Assembly: GCA_963848815.1 (NCBI GenBank) | Contig: CAWKFY010000031.1 | Location: 637-64,636, forward strand | Direction of reading: 5' to 3' | Origin: an uncultured Chloroflexia bacterium | GTDB lineage: Bacteria > Chloroflexota > Dehalococcoidia > GIF9 > UBA5629 | DNA length: 64,000 nucleotides | In this document: piece after piece, positions 50,561 through 63,482 of the stretch | Numbering within the stretch: the stretch's first letter is position 1 | Layout of the letters: the number at the start of each line of letters is the position of its first letter | Notes under the pieces: model-generated | Database searches by the model: none | What the model saw: only the letters and a program-made list of their open reading frames with translations | What the model was told of the DNA's origin: nothing | Program-made: the position numbers and the translations under genes

Positions 50561-52164
50561 CTATTCCCACTCAATGGTTGAAGGAGGTTTGCTGGTTATA
50601 TCGTAGACCACTCGGTTTACGCCGGGCACTTCGTTGACGATCCTGTTGGATATAGCGGATAAAAGAGGATACGGCAGCCTCGCCCAGTCGGCCGTCATGG
50701 CATCCTGACTGGTCACCGCTCGCACCGCTACCAGGTATCCGTATGTCCTGAAGTCGCCCATAACGCCCACGCTGTGCACATCGGTAAGAATGGCGAAGGT
50801 CTGCCACATCTCGCGATACAGTTTGGCCTTTTTAATCTCGTTCATCACGATCCAGTCAGCGCCCCGCAATATCTCCAGCTTTTCCCTGGTGACCTCGCCT
50901 ATGATACGGATAGCCAGGCCGGGACCCGGGAAGGGCTGACGCCAGACCATATCTTCCGGCAAGCCGAGCTCCAGCCCAACCTTGCGCACTTCGTCCTTGA
51001 AAAGGTATCGCAGCGGTTCGATCAACGTCAGCGCCATTTTGGCCGGCAGGCCGCCCACGTTGTGATGCGTCTTGATCTTGGCAGCCGCTTTGGTCTCGGG
51101 GGTAGCGCTTTCGATAACATCCGGGTACAACGTGCCCTGTGTCAGAAAATCTATCTTGCCCAGCTTGGTTGCCTGCCTCTCAAAGACCCTGATGAATTCC
51201 TGGCCGATTTGCTTTCTCTTCTGCTCCGGATCGATTACGCCTTTGAGCTTTTTCAGGAAGTTGTCGGTGGCATCCACATAAATCACGTTCATGCGCAGGT
51301 TTTTACGGAAGGTATTGAGTGCTCTTTCAGGCTCCTCGCGCCTGAGCAAACCATTATTAACAAAAATACATGTGAGCTGGTCGCCTATGGCAGCGTGCAC
51401 AAGTTTGGCTGCAACGGCAGAATCGACCCCGCCGGATAGAGCGCAAATTACCTTGCCACCATGTACCTGCGACCTTATAGCGCCGATGCTTTCATTAATA
51501 AAATTGCCGGGCGTCCATGTGCCCTTGCAGCCGCAGACCCGGTAAAGGAAGTTTTTAATGATATTGATGCCTTCCGGCGTGTGCGCTACCTCAGGATGAA
51601 ACTGCAGGCCGAAGGTCTTGCGGCCGTCGCTGATCACTGCATTGGGTGAATTTTCCGTGTAGGCGGACGATTTGAATCCCGGGGGCATATCTATCACCTG
51701 GTCGCCGTGGCTCATCCACACCGAGAGTGATTCGGGCAGGCCTCTGAACAGAGGCGATCTTTCATCGCTCACGTGCAAGACAGCCTGCCCGTATTCACGT
51801 TTGGCGCCCGGCGCAACGGTGCCGCCAAGCTGATGGGTGATCAGCTGCATGCCGTAGCAGATGCCGAGAACCGGAAGGTGGCTTTCATAGATGCCAACCG
51901 GCGTCAGCGGAGCTTTCTTCTCATATACGCTGGCAGGGCCGCCCGAGAGGATAAAGCCGCGGGGGTGGATGGCCATGATCTGTTTAGAGGGGCGTCATGC
52001 GGGAAAAGCTCGCAATATACATTGCATTCCCTGACGCGGCGTGCTATCAGGTGGCTGTACTGGGAGCCGAAATCGATGATGGCGATGGCTTCTTTTACGC
52101 CGTGCGGACACTTCGCCCGGTTTGGGGGCAGCCTGTACTCCCTGAAGCTCTTTGGCGATTTCAA
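50561..52164 (-). pseudogene. guaA: GMP synthase (glutamine-hydrolysing); frame break between the GATase start and the rest; 5' end uncertain
   Basis: ORF 50561-51976 (471 aa) runs from ...[10 protein letters not shown] through the ATP-PPase motif SGGVDS to ...PPSTIEWE. The GATase N-terminus [31 protein letters not shown] is in another frame (ORF 51904-52164). Confidence 0.9.
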
Positions 52165-52339
52165 GATAGGCCGAAACTTCGGCGTCGTCGGTGGTGGCTA
52201 CGCGGTGGCTGCCTGTTTCTTCTTTACCCTTCTTCATTGGAAAAGTATATCACAGGGCAAGCAGAGCATTCCAATGTGAGCCATATTTAAACTATGGCGC
52301 GATTTAGAGTACAATTTCTCTGTAAAATCCGCCCGTAAA

Positions 52340-52984
52340 ATGGAAAATAAAGCAATTTTGAAAACACTCTCGCCTACTCTTATGACCGGGTAAACCGGGC
52401 CGTGGCCGTCCTCCGGGAAGGCGGTATCGTGGCCTATCCCACGGATACCGTTTACGGGCTGGGCGCCGATATATATAACGATGAGGCGGTGAGAAGGATA
52501 TTACAGCATCAAGGACCGTCCCCTGAACCAGCCTTTGCCGGTGTTGATAGCGGATGCCGGATCAGGCCGGAATGCTTGACTGGCAGTCAACCCAAATTGG
52601 CGCAAATACTGATGAAAAGGTTCTGGCCGGGCGGCCTGACAATCATCTTGGACAAAAGTCCCGAGTTCAACAGCCTGGTGCTGGCCGGAGGCCATAAAAT
52701 AGGCATCCGCATGCCGGCTCACAAGGTGGCCAGGGCCATGATCGAGAAGCTGGGACGGCCGATTGTAGGAACGAGCGCCAACCTGCATGACAGGCAGCGG
52801 CTTTAACCGCCGCCGAAGTGCGAAAACAGCTCGGTGGCCGGGTGGATATCATCTGAACGGCGGCACATGCCCGCGGCGGCAGGGAATCGACCGTCATCGA
52901 CATGACAGTGGATCCGCCGTCATCGTAAGGCAGGGAATAGTACCCGAAGAGGGAAATCCTGGCCCTAATAAAAACAGGGGGTAG
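52340..52984 (+). pseudogene. tsaC: L-threonylcarbamoyladenylate synthase (TsaC/YrdC/Sua5 family), multiple frame breaks
   Basis: Fragments in different frames: MENKAILKTLSP / NRAVAVLREGGIVAYPTDTVYGLGADIYNDEAVRRI / IKDRPLNQPLPVLIADAG / LAQILMKRFWPGGLTIILDK...IGIRMPAHKVARAMIEKLGRPIVGTSANLH / LTAAEVRKQLGGRVDIILNGGTCPGGRESTVIDMT. Confidence 0.8.
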
Positions 52985-52989
52985 TTAAT

Positions 52990-53443
52990 ATGCTAATCGC
53001 CATGGGAAGCGATCATCGCGGGACTCGACCTTAAAGATAAAATCTCTGAGTTATCTCAAGGCCAATGGTCATACCGTGATAGACTTCGGCATGTTACGGC
53101 AGCGAATCGGTGGATTACCCGGATTTCGCCTCACGCGGTGGCACAATCGATCATGACCGGCAAGGCCGAACTACGGCATCCTGATTTGCGCTACGGGCAT
53201 AGGCATGTGCATAGCCGCCAACAAATTCAAAGGTATCAGGGCGGCGCTATGCTGCAACCCGGAGCTGGCTGTGCGCGCCCGCCGGCATAATGATGCCAAT
53301 GTGCTCTGCCTGGGCGCTGATTTTGTAGCGTGCCGCAGATGCGCTGGAAATCGTCAAGGAATTTCCTGGCAACGGGCTTCGAAGGCGGCAGGCACCAGCG
53401 ACGGCTGGATAAAATATCGGAAATTGAGTCGCAGTTTGCTTGA
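52990..53443 (+). pseudogene. rpiB: ribose-5-phosphate isomerase B, multiple frame breaks
   Basis: Fragments: MLIAMGSDHRG / DLKDKISE / GHTVIDFG / VDYPDF / [48 protein letters not shown] / [17 protein letters not shown]. Confidence 0.8.
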
Positions 53444-53547
53444 CAATAAATAATTACCTGTGATAGTTTACTACAACCCTATTCCTCAAATCTGGCAATC
53501 CCTATCAAACTCAGCAGGAATATGGACAGGAAGGAGGTATTCTTCAC

Positions 53548-55232
53548 ATGAGAAGCGACAGCATCAAACAGGGTATCGAAAGGGCTCCGCACCGGGCGCT
53601 GCTAAGGGCCGTCGGCGTACGCAGCAGCGATTTCGACAAGCCGTTCATCGGCATCGTCAACAGCTTCAACGAGATCGTTCCCGGGCATATCCACCTGCGC
53701 TCGATCGCCGATGCGGTCAAGGCCGGCGTGCTCAGCGCCGGCGGCGTTCCCTTCGAGTTCAACACCATCGGCGTCTGCGACGGCATCGCCATGAACCATC
53801 CCGGCATGAAATACAGCCTGCCCAGCCGCGAGCTGATCGCCGACTCGGTGGAAATCATGGCCGAAGCGCACCACTTCGATGCGCTGGTCTTCATCCCCAA
53901 CTGCGACAAGATCATCCCCGGCATGCTGATGGCTGCCGTGCAGGCTTGAACGTGCCGTCCATCTTCATCAGCGGCGGCCCCATGCTGGCCGGCAGACTGC
54001 ATGAAAGACGGCAAGCCGCAGGCCGTCGACCTGATTTCGGTTTTCACGGCCGTGGGCAGCGTAGCGCAAGGCAAGATGACCGAGGCCGAGCTTGAAGCAG
54101 ATCGAGATCGCGGCCTGCCCGGGCTGCGGAAGCTGCTCCGGCATGTACACGGCCAATACCATGAACTGCCTGACCGAGGCGGTGGGCATGGCGCTGCCGG
54201 GCAACGGCACCATCCCGGCCGTCGATTCCCGGAGGCTGCACCTGGCCAGGGAAGCCGGCAAGCAGATCATGGGCTTCTTAGAGAAAAATCTCTGTCCCAG
54301 GGATATCATCACCAAAGAATCCATCGACAACGCCTTCGCGGTGGATATGGCGCTGGGCGGCAGCACCAACTCGGTGCTGCATTTCATGGCCATCGCCCAC
54401 GAGGCGGGCATCAAATTCCCGCTGTCCCTTGATAAATGAGATAAGCGACAAGGTGCCGCATCTGTGCAAGATCAGCCCGGCCAGCGATGTCCATATCGAA
54501 GACCTCGACCGGGCGGGCGGCATACCGGCCGTGATGCACGAGATCAGCCAAGCTGCTGAACGGCAACGCCAAAACTGTCACGCTCAAGCCGCTATCCGAC
54601 ACCTATAAGCAATGCCAGGGTACGGAACCACGAGGTCATCCGGCCATTTTCCAAACCTTTCTCGAAGACGGGCGGCCTGGCCATCCTGTTCGGCAACCTG
54701 GCGCCGGGCGGGGCGGTGGTCAAGAGCGGCGCCGTAGCGCCGGAGATGATGGTGCACACAGGGCCCGGCCCGGGTCTTTGAAAACGAAGAGGACGCTACC
54801 AAAGGCATCATGGCCGACAAGATCAAGAAAGGCGACGTGGTGGTCATCCGCTATGAAGGCCCGAGGGGCGGCCCGGGCATGCGGGAGATGCTGACGCCCA
54901 CTTCGCTGCTAAGCGGCATGGGACTGGACAGCTAGGTAGCATTGATAACCGACGGGCGTTTTTCGGGCGGCACCAGGGGCGCGGCCATCGGGCACGTGGT
55001 CCCGGAAGCTGCCGACCGCGGCCCCATAGCCGCAGTACAGAATGGTGATATAATCAGTATAGATATACCTGCCAGGAAGCTGGAAATCAAGGTCAGCGAG
55101 GCTGAGATTAAAAGACGGCTGAAGAAGCCTGCCTCCATTCAAGACGCAGCATCAAGGGCGGTTACCTGAAGAGATATATTGAAAAGGTCGGCCCTGCCAG
55201 CGAGGGCGCAGTATTCAAAGATTCAGGAGTAA
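53548..55232 (+). pseudogene. ilvD: dihydroxy-acid dehydratase; at least 8 frame changes plus an in-frame TAG at 54933-54935
   Basis: The ordered IlvD segments are readable only by hopping frames: [19 protein letters not shown]...[13 protein letters not shown] / [16 protein letters not shown] / KDGKPQAVDLISVFTAVG..AELE / [24 protein letters not shown]... / [16 protein letters not shown]... / [11 protein letters not shown] / [31 protein letters not shown] / [10 protein letters not shown]...[19 protein letters not shown]...[22 protein letters not shown]... / [19 protein letters not shown]. Confidence 0.88.
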
Positions 55233-55241
55233 CTGGCACAG

Positions 55242-56937
55242 ATGATGAAAACCGGCGCAGAAATACTATGTGAATGTTTGATTAAAGAGGGAGTCGAGGT
55301 TATCTTCGGCTTCCCCGGCGGTGTGCTGCTGCCCTTGTACGATACGCTGCCCAAATACCCGCAACTGCGGCACATCCTGGTCAGGCACGAGCAGGGCGCA
55401 GCGCACGCCGCCGATGCCTATGCCAGGGTGACCGGCAAGATCGGCGTTTGCCTGGCTACCTCCGGCCCCGGCGCAACCAACCTGGTTACCGGCATTGCCA
55501 ATGCCTACCTGGATTCCGTGCCCGTACTGGCCATAACCGGCCAGGTCAACACGTTCTTCATCGGTAAGGACGCCTTCCAGGAAATCGATATCACCGGCAT
55601 TACCGTCCCGATCACCAAGTACAACCAGCTGGTACTGGATACTGGCGACATCGCCAGTGCTGTGAGGGAAGCAATCCACGTGGCCCAGACCGGCAGGCCC
55701 GGTCCCGTGCTGCTGGATATACCGAAGGACGTATTCCAGAACAAGACGGAGTTCGTTTTCCCCGAAAAGATCGACCTGCCCGGCTATAAGCCGAAGCTGT
55801 TCGGCCATCCTTCGCAGATCAAAAAGGCGGCAGACCTTATCAACAGCGCAGAGCGGCCGGTCATTATCGCCGGGCGCGGCGTCAATATATCACGGGCATT
55901 CCCCGAGCTAAAAGAGCTGGCCGAGAATTCACAGATACCGGTGGTGACCACTTTTCTCGGCATCGGCTGTTTTCCCGAGTCCCACGTGCTCAGCTACGGA
56001 TGGCTGGGCATGCACGGCATGGGTTACGCCAATAAAGCGGTGCACAGCTCCGACCTGCTTATCGCCATCGGGATGAGATTCGATGACAGGGCGACCGGAG
56101 GCACAAGCACTTTCGCACCCGCAGGCACAGATCATCCATATCGATATCGACGCGGCGGAGATAGGCAAGAACCTGCCGGCCGATGTACCGATCGTCGGGG
56201 ATGTAAAGAACATATTGCAGGTGCTCAATAAGCAGATAACCAAACGCGAGCATATGATCTGGCTATCCCAGCTGGACGAATGGCGGTCATTGCATCCCGC
56301 CACTGAAATAAGGGAACATGAGAATGTGCTGCCGCAATATATCATCCGGCAAATACATGAAGCCACCAAGGGCGATACGATCATATGTACCGACGTCGGC
56401 CAGCATCAGATGTGGGCCGGGCAGTATTTCTTCTATGACAAGCCCAATAGCTTCGTGTCGTCCGGCGGCCTCGGCACGATGGGTTTTGGTCTGCCCGCAT
56501 CCATCGGCGCCAAGATCGGTGCACCGGACGAAACAGTCTGGTGCCTTTGCGGCGACGGCGGTTTCCAGATGACCGTTCAGGAGCTGGCCACCATAGCCCA
56601 GGAAAACCTGGATATCAAGATAGCCGTATTTAATAACGGCTGGCTGGGAATGGTGCGCCAGTGGCAGGAGCTGATCTACAGCAAGCGTTACTTCGGTACG
56701 CAGCTCTACAACCCCGATTTCGTCAAGATCGCCGAAGCATACGGCATTGAGGCGGTCAGGGTAAGTAAGAAGATCGACGTGAGGCCCGCGATACATAAGG
56801 CCATGTCGCATAACGGGCCTTTCCTGATCGAGTTCGTGGTCGAGCCGGAAGAAAACGTTTATCCGTTCGTCCCTCCCGGTAAGATAATTGTGGAGTTCCT
56901 GGAGATGCCCAGCCCGACAGCGAGCCGGAAGAAATAA
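55242..56937 (+). pseudogene. ilvB: acetolactate synthase large subunit; frame break near 56,11x-56,13x
   Basis: ORF 55242-56231 (MMKTGAEILCECLIKEGVEVIFGFPGG...GMRFDDRATG..STFAP) continues as AQIIHIDIDAAEIGKN...GGLGTMGFGLPA...FNNGWLGMVRQWQ in ORF 56083-56937. Confidence 0.9.
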
Positions 56938-56968
56938 GCAACTCTAGATCATTAATGGAGACATTCAG

Positions 56969-57538
56969 TTGAACAGAAAACACATACTGGTAGCGCTTGT
57001 GCAGGACCGTCCAGGCGTGCTCAATCGCATTGCCAGCACCCTCAGAAGGCGCAATTTCAATATCGACAGCATTGCCGTGGGCAGCATCGAGGTCCCGCAT
57101 CTTTCGCGCATGACCATAGTGGTCGAAGGAGATGACGCCAAGGTCGAGCAGGTAAGAAAGCAGCTCGATAAGATAGTCGAGGTCATCAGGATAACGGATA
57201 TCACCAACGATAACCCGGTGGCCCGCGAGATGGCCATGATCAAAGTAAAGGCCTCGCCTTCAACCCGCAGCGAGATCATCCAGATCGTCGATATCTTCAG
57301 CGGCAACATCGTCGATGTATCCCCTGATTCGCTGATAATCGTGGTAACCGGCAATCAGGAAAAAGTGGAGACGTTGATCGAGTTACTGCGCGGCTTCGGC
57401 ATAAGGGAGCTATCGAGGACCGGCACCATAGCTCTGCCCCGCGGAGGGGCAGGACCGCTTACGATCGAAGAAGACAAGCCTCTGCGCCATGCCGTCGAGC
57501 ATGTTCCTCCGGAGGAAGAAAACCTTCCCAACTGGTAG
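56969..57538 (+). CDS. ilvN: acetolactate synthase small (regulatory) subunit
   Basis: 189 aa with a TTG start. The ACT domain reads ILVALVQDRPGVLNRIASTLRRRNFNIDSIAVG. This is the only uninterrupted ORF in the ilv-leu block. Confidence 0.88.
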   Translation: MNRKHILVALVQDRPGVLNRIASTLRRRNFNIDSIAVGSIEVPHLSRMTIVVEGDDAKVEQVRKQLDKIVEVIRITDITNDNPVAREMAMIKVKASPSTRSEIIQIVDIFSGNIVDVSPDSLIIVVTGNQEKVETLIELLRGFGIRELSRTGTIALPRGGAGPLTIEEDKPLRHAVEHVPPEEENLPNW

Positions 57539-57590
57539 CTTATTCTGACTCTTCTGAAATCACTATAATTAATTGCATTTTTATTTTTAG

Positions 57591-58591
<1,001 letters not shown>

Positions 58592-58632
58592 CCGGCACAG
58601 TGGCTTCCTGAATAAATCAAAGCAGGTGGATA

Positions 58633-60174
58633 ATGAAAGGTGAACGTGTCCTTATTTTTGATACGACTCTCAGCGATGGGGAGCAGGCGGCCGGCACCAG
58701 CCTGAACTCCAAGGAAAAGCTCGAGATAGCCAGGCAGCTTGAGAGCCTTGGCGTAGATATCATCGAAGCCGGATTCCCCATCACTTCGCAGGGCGATTTC
58801 GACGCCGTGCGCCTCATATCCAAGGAGGTCCGCAACTCCACGATCTGCGCCCTCAGCCACGCCAATGACGAGGCGATCGACAGGGCCTGGGAATCCATTA
58901 AAAAGGCTAAAAGGGGCCGGATCCATATCTTCCTGTCCACATCAGAGGAACATCTGAAATACCAGTTAAAAAGAGCCACGCCGAGGTTGTGAAGATGGCT
59001 GTGGCATCGGTCGAGCACGCCCGTAAACTCTGTGAAGACGTGGAGTTCACGCCCATGGATACCACCAGGACGGAGGTCAAATTCCTCTACCAGGTGATCG
59101 AACGTGTCATAGAGGCCGGCGCCACCACGGTCAACATAGCCGACACGGTAGGCTATGCCATCCCGTACCGAGTTCGGCAAGCTGATAGAAGGCATCTTCA
59201 AGAACGTGCCCAATACTTCGAAGGCGGTAATCAGCGTCCACTGCCATAACGACCTGGGCATGGCGGTGGCCAACAGCCTGGAAGCCGTGCGCAGGGGCGC
59301 CCGGCAGGTCGAATGCACCGTCAACGGCATCGGCGAGCGGGCCGGCAATGCCGCGCTTGAAGAGATGGTCATGGCCCTCAAGACCCGGGAGCGACCAGTA
59401 CCATATAACAACCGACATCAACACCACACAGCTATATAAGACCAGCAGGATGGTCAGCGAGCTGACCGGCTTCGTCGTGCCCCAGAACAAGGCCATCGTG
59501 GGCGCCAACGCCTTCCGCCACCAGTCCGGCATCCACCAGGACGGCATCATCAAAAAAGTCGAACACCTATGAGATTATGGACCCCAAGAACGTGGGCGTG
59601 CCGGCCAGCGCACTGGTGCTGGGCAAGCTGAGCGGCAGGCACGCCTTTAAAGAAAGGCTGCTGGAACTCGGCTATTCGCTGGACGAGGAGGCGCTCAACC
59701 ATGCATTCAAGGCCTTCAAAGAGCTGGCAGATAAGAAGAAAGAAGTCACCGACCGTGATATCCAGTCCCTGATCGGCGAAGAGATGCGCACGGCCTCGGA
59801 AGTTTATCACCTGGACCATGTGGGCGTGTCCTGCGGCAACCACAGCATACCTACGGCCACGGTCAGGCTGATCGGGCCGAACAGGGAAGTACTGGCGGAT
59901 GCCGCCCTGGGCACCGGCCCGGTGGACGCCGTTTACAAGGCTATCAACCGCCTGGTGCGCGTGCCCAACAAGCTGACCGAGTTCAGCGTCAACTCGATCA
60001 CGGCAGGGCATAGACGCCATGGGTGAGGTGCTGATACGCATCGAGAGCGACGGCGCAAGCTATACCGGCCGCGGCGCAGATACCGACATCATCGTCGCCA
60101 GCGCCAAGGCATATATGAACGCGCTTAACAGGCTGCTGTCCAACAAGCGGTCGCAGGAAGCAGGTCGACAATGA
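58633..60174 (+). pseudogene. leuA: 2-isopropylmalate synthase; at least 5 frame breaks
   Basis: [16 protein letters not shown]...[17 protein letters not shown] / [18 protein letters not shown]...[11 protein letters not shown] / [41 protein letters not shown]...ALKTR / [20 protein letters not shown]...[14 protein letters not shown] / [11 protein letters not shown]...FSVNSITAG / [16 protein letters not shown]...NRLL. The first break is an A6-to-A5 run at about 58,970. Confidence 0.9.
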
Positions 60175-60575
60175 ACCCTGAAATTGAAGCCGCGCTGCGT
60201 TTGCTGCTGGCCGCCGCACTGGGAGCGGTCATCGGCTTCCGAGCGTGAGTTCGCCACAAGCCGGCCGGACTGCGCACGCACATACTGATCTGCATGGGAT
60301 CGGCTCTGTTCACCGTGGTATCGGTAATGGGGTTCTCAGGTACGGTCGACCCTTCCAGAGTGGCGGCAGGTGTGGTGACCGGCATCGGTTTCATCGGCGC
60401 CGGCGTGATATTTCGCGGGGCCAGGGGAGATAAGGTAGTCGGCATTACCACGGCGGCCAGCATCTGGGTCACGGCCGCCATCGGCATTGCCGCCGGGGTC
60501 GGAATTTATATCATCGCCGTAGCAGTGACCGTGATTACCGTGCTGGTGCTCTTCATACCCAGGGTCAAAGGTTAA
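60171..60575 (+). pseudogene. MgtC/SapB-family membrane protein; frame break near 60,245
   Basis: [23 protein letters not shown](RA-stop) is followed by RHKPAGLRTHILICMGSALFTVVS...GIGFIGAGVIFR...AASIWVTAAIG in the frame of ORF 60294-60575. The ATG overlaps the leuA stop (ATGA). Confidence 0.7.
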
Positions 60576-60600
60576 TAATAACTTACAGGAGCAATATACT

Positions 60601-61857
60601 TTGACACTAGCAGAGAAAATACTGGCGGCACATTCGGGCAGGAGCAGCGTAAGCCCGGGAGAATTTATCAGCGTTAAAGCCGATCTCGTGCTGTCCAACG
60701 ATATCACAGCGCCCATTGCCATAAAGGAGTTCGAACGTCTGGGAGTGGAAAAGGTATTCGACCCCAAGAAGATCGTGATGGTGCCCGACCATTTCTGCCC
60801 CAACAAGGACATACAGTCCGCCGAGCAGGCCAAAATGATGCGTGAATTCGCCCGCAAACACAAACTGGTCTATTTCGAAGTGGGCCAGATGGGCATCGAG
60901 CATGTCATCCTGCCGGAAAAGGGACTGGTGCTGCCGGGTGATACGTGTAGTCGGGGCAGATTCGCATACCTGCACTTACGGAGCGCTGGGCGCCTTCGCC
61001 ACCGGCATGGGCTCCACCGATATCGCAGTCGCCATGGCTACCGGCGAGATCTGGATGAAGGTGCCGCCGACTATCAAGATTCGTCTTTAACGGCAAGCTG
61101 GGCAAATGGGTGGGCGGCAAGGACCTGATCCTCTACATCATCGGCGATATCGGCGTGGACGGCGCGCTTTACTCCGCCATGGAGTTCCCCGGCGAGGCCA
61201 TCGACGCGCTGCCCATGGACGGGCGCTTCACCATGTCCAACATGGCCATCGAAGCCGGGGGCAAAGCCGGCATCTTCCACGTCGATGAGACAACACGCGG
61301 GAATATCTGAAAGGCAGGGCAAACGGCCGTATACCGAATACAGCTCGGACCCGGACGCCGTATATGCACGGTGATCGAATATGATGCCTCCAAGATCGAG
61401 CCGCAGGTGGCATTCCCGCACATACCCTCCAATACCAGGCCGATCAGCCAGGTGGGCAACATCGCCATCGACCAGGTGGTCATCGGCAGTTGCACCAACG
61501 GCAGGATGGAAGACCTGCGGCTGGCCGCCAGAGTGCTCAAGGGCAGAAAGGTGGACCAGCACATCAGGTGCATCATCATACCCGGCTCGCAGCAGGTCTA
61601 TCTGGACGCCATGAAAGAGGGACTGATCGAGACTTTTATCAAGGCCGGGGCGGTCGTCAGCACGCCTACCTGCGGCCCCTGCCTGGGCGGGTACATGGGC
61701 ATACTGGCAGCAGGCGAGAAATGTGTTTCCACCACCAACCGCAATTTCGTCGGCCGGATGGGACACGTCAAATCGGAAGTCTATCTTGCCAACCCTGCCG
61801 TGGCTGCGGCCAGCGCCATACTCGGGCAGGATCGCAAGTCCGGAGGAGATAGCGTAA
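60601..61857 (+). pseudogene. leuC: 3-isopropylmalate dehydratase large subunit; at least 5 frame breaks
   Basis: MTLAEKILAAHSG...LPGDT / [45 protein letters not shown] / [33 protein letters not shown]...AGIFHVDE / EYLKGRA / [13 protein letters not shown] / [17 protein letters not shown]...GSCTNGR...[10 protein letters not shown]...NRNFVGRMG...AAASAILG / RIASPEEIA, with its stop overlapping the leuD ATG. Confidence 0.9.
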
Positions 61858-62361
61858 TGACACTGAAAGGTAAAGTTTTTAAATACGGCGACAATGTGGA
61901 TACGGACGCCATCATACCGGCGCGATACCTGAACCTGTTCGAGCCGGCCGACCTGGCGGCACACTGCATGGAAGATATCGATGCCGATTTCGTCAACAAG
62001 GTAAAGCCGGGCGATATCATCGTGGCCGACATCCAATTTCGGCTGCGGCTCTTCCCGTGAGCATGCGCCGGTGGCCATCAAGGCATCGGGCATCTCCTGC
62101 GTCATAGCCAAAAGCTTCGCACGCATATTCTTCCGCAACGCCATCAACATCGGCCTGCCGCTGCTCGAATGCGAGGAGGCAGTGGACAACATCAAGGCGG
62201 GCGACATGGTGGAGGTCGACCTGGCCACCGGCAAAATAACCAACCTGTCCACCGGCAAGACATTCACCTCCAAAGCCTTACCCCGATTTCATGATGCAGA
62301 TAGTCGATGCCGGCGGGCTGGTGGAATACACCAGAAAAGAAACTGGCGGGAGCGAAGTAGC

Positions 62362-62365
<4 letters not shown>
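61857..62365 (+). pseudogene. leuD: 3-isopropylmalate dehydratase small subunit; at least 2 frame breaks
   Basis: [26 protein letters not shown]...GDIIVA / [45 protein letters not shown]...FTSKALP / [25 protein letters not shown]. Confidence 0.9.
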
Positions 62366-63476
<1,111 letters not shown>

Positions 63477-63482
63477 ATCAGT

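Noticed and set aside
51995-52237. 80-aa minus-strand ORF ([21 protein letters not shown]...) upstream of or overlapping the guaA start, as a possible separate small gene or N-terminal extension
   Set aside because: It overlaps the GATase N-terminus in another frame within the indel-dense zone. I cannot tell whether it is an extension, an upstream ORF or noise, so it is not called.
61074-62273. 399-aa minus-strand ORF, and similar long antisense ORFs (58617-59411, 55266-55808, 9065-9691, 25068-25772, 21647-22486)
   Set aside because: They lie antisense to clearly recognisable genes (leuC/leuD, leuA, ilvB, crotonase, acetyl-CoA synthetase, thrS). They have Ala/Arg/Gly/Pro-biased low-complexity translations and no RBS. 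These are shadow ORFs typical of GC-rich coding DNA.
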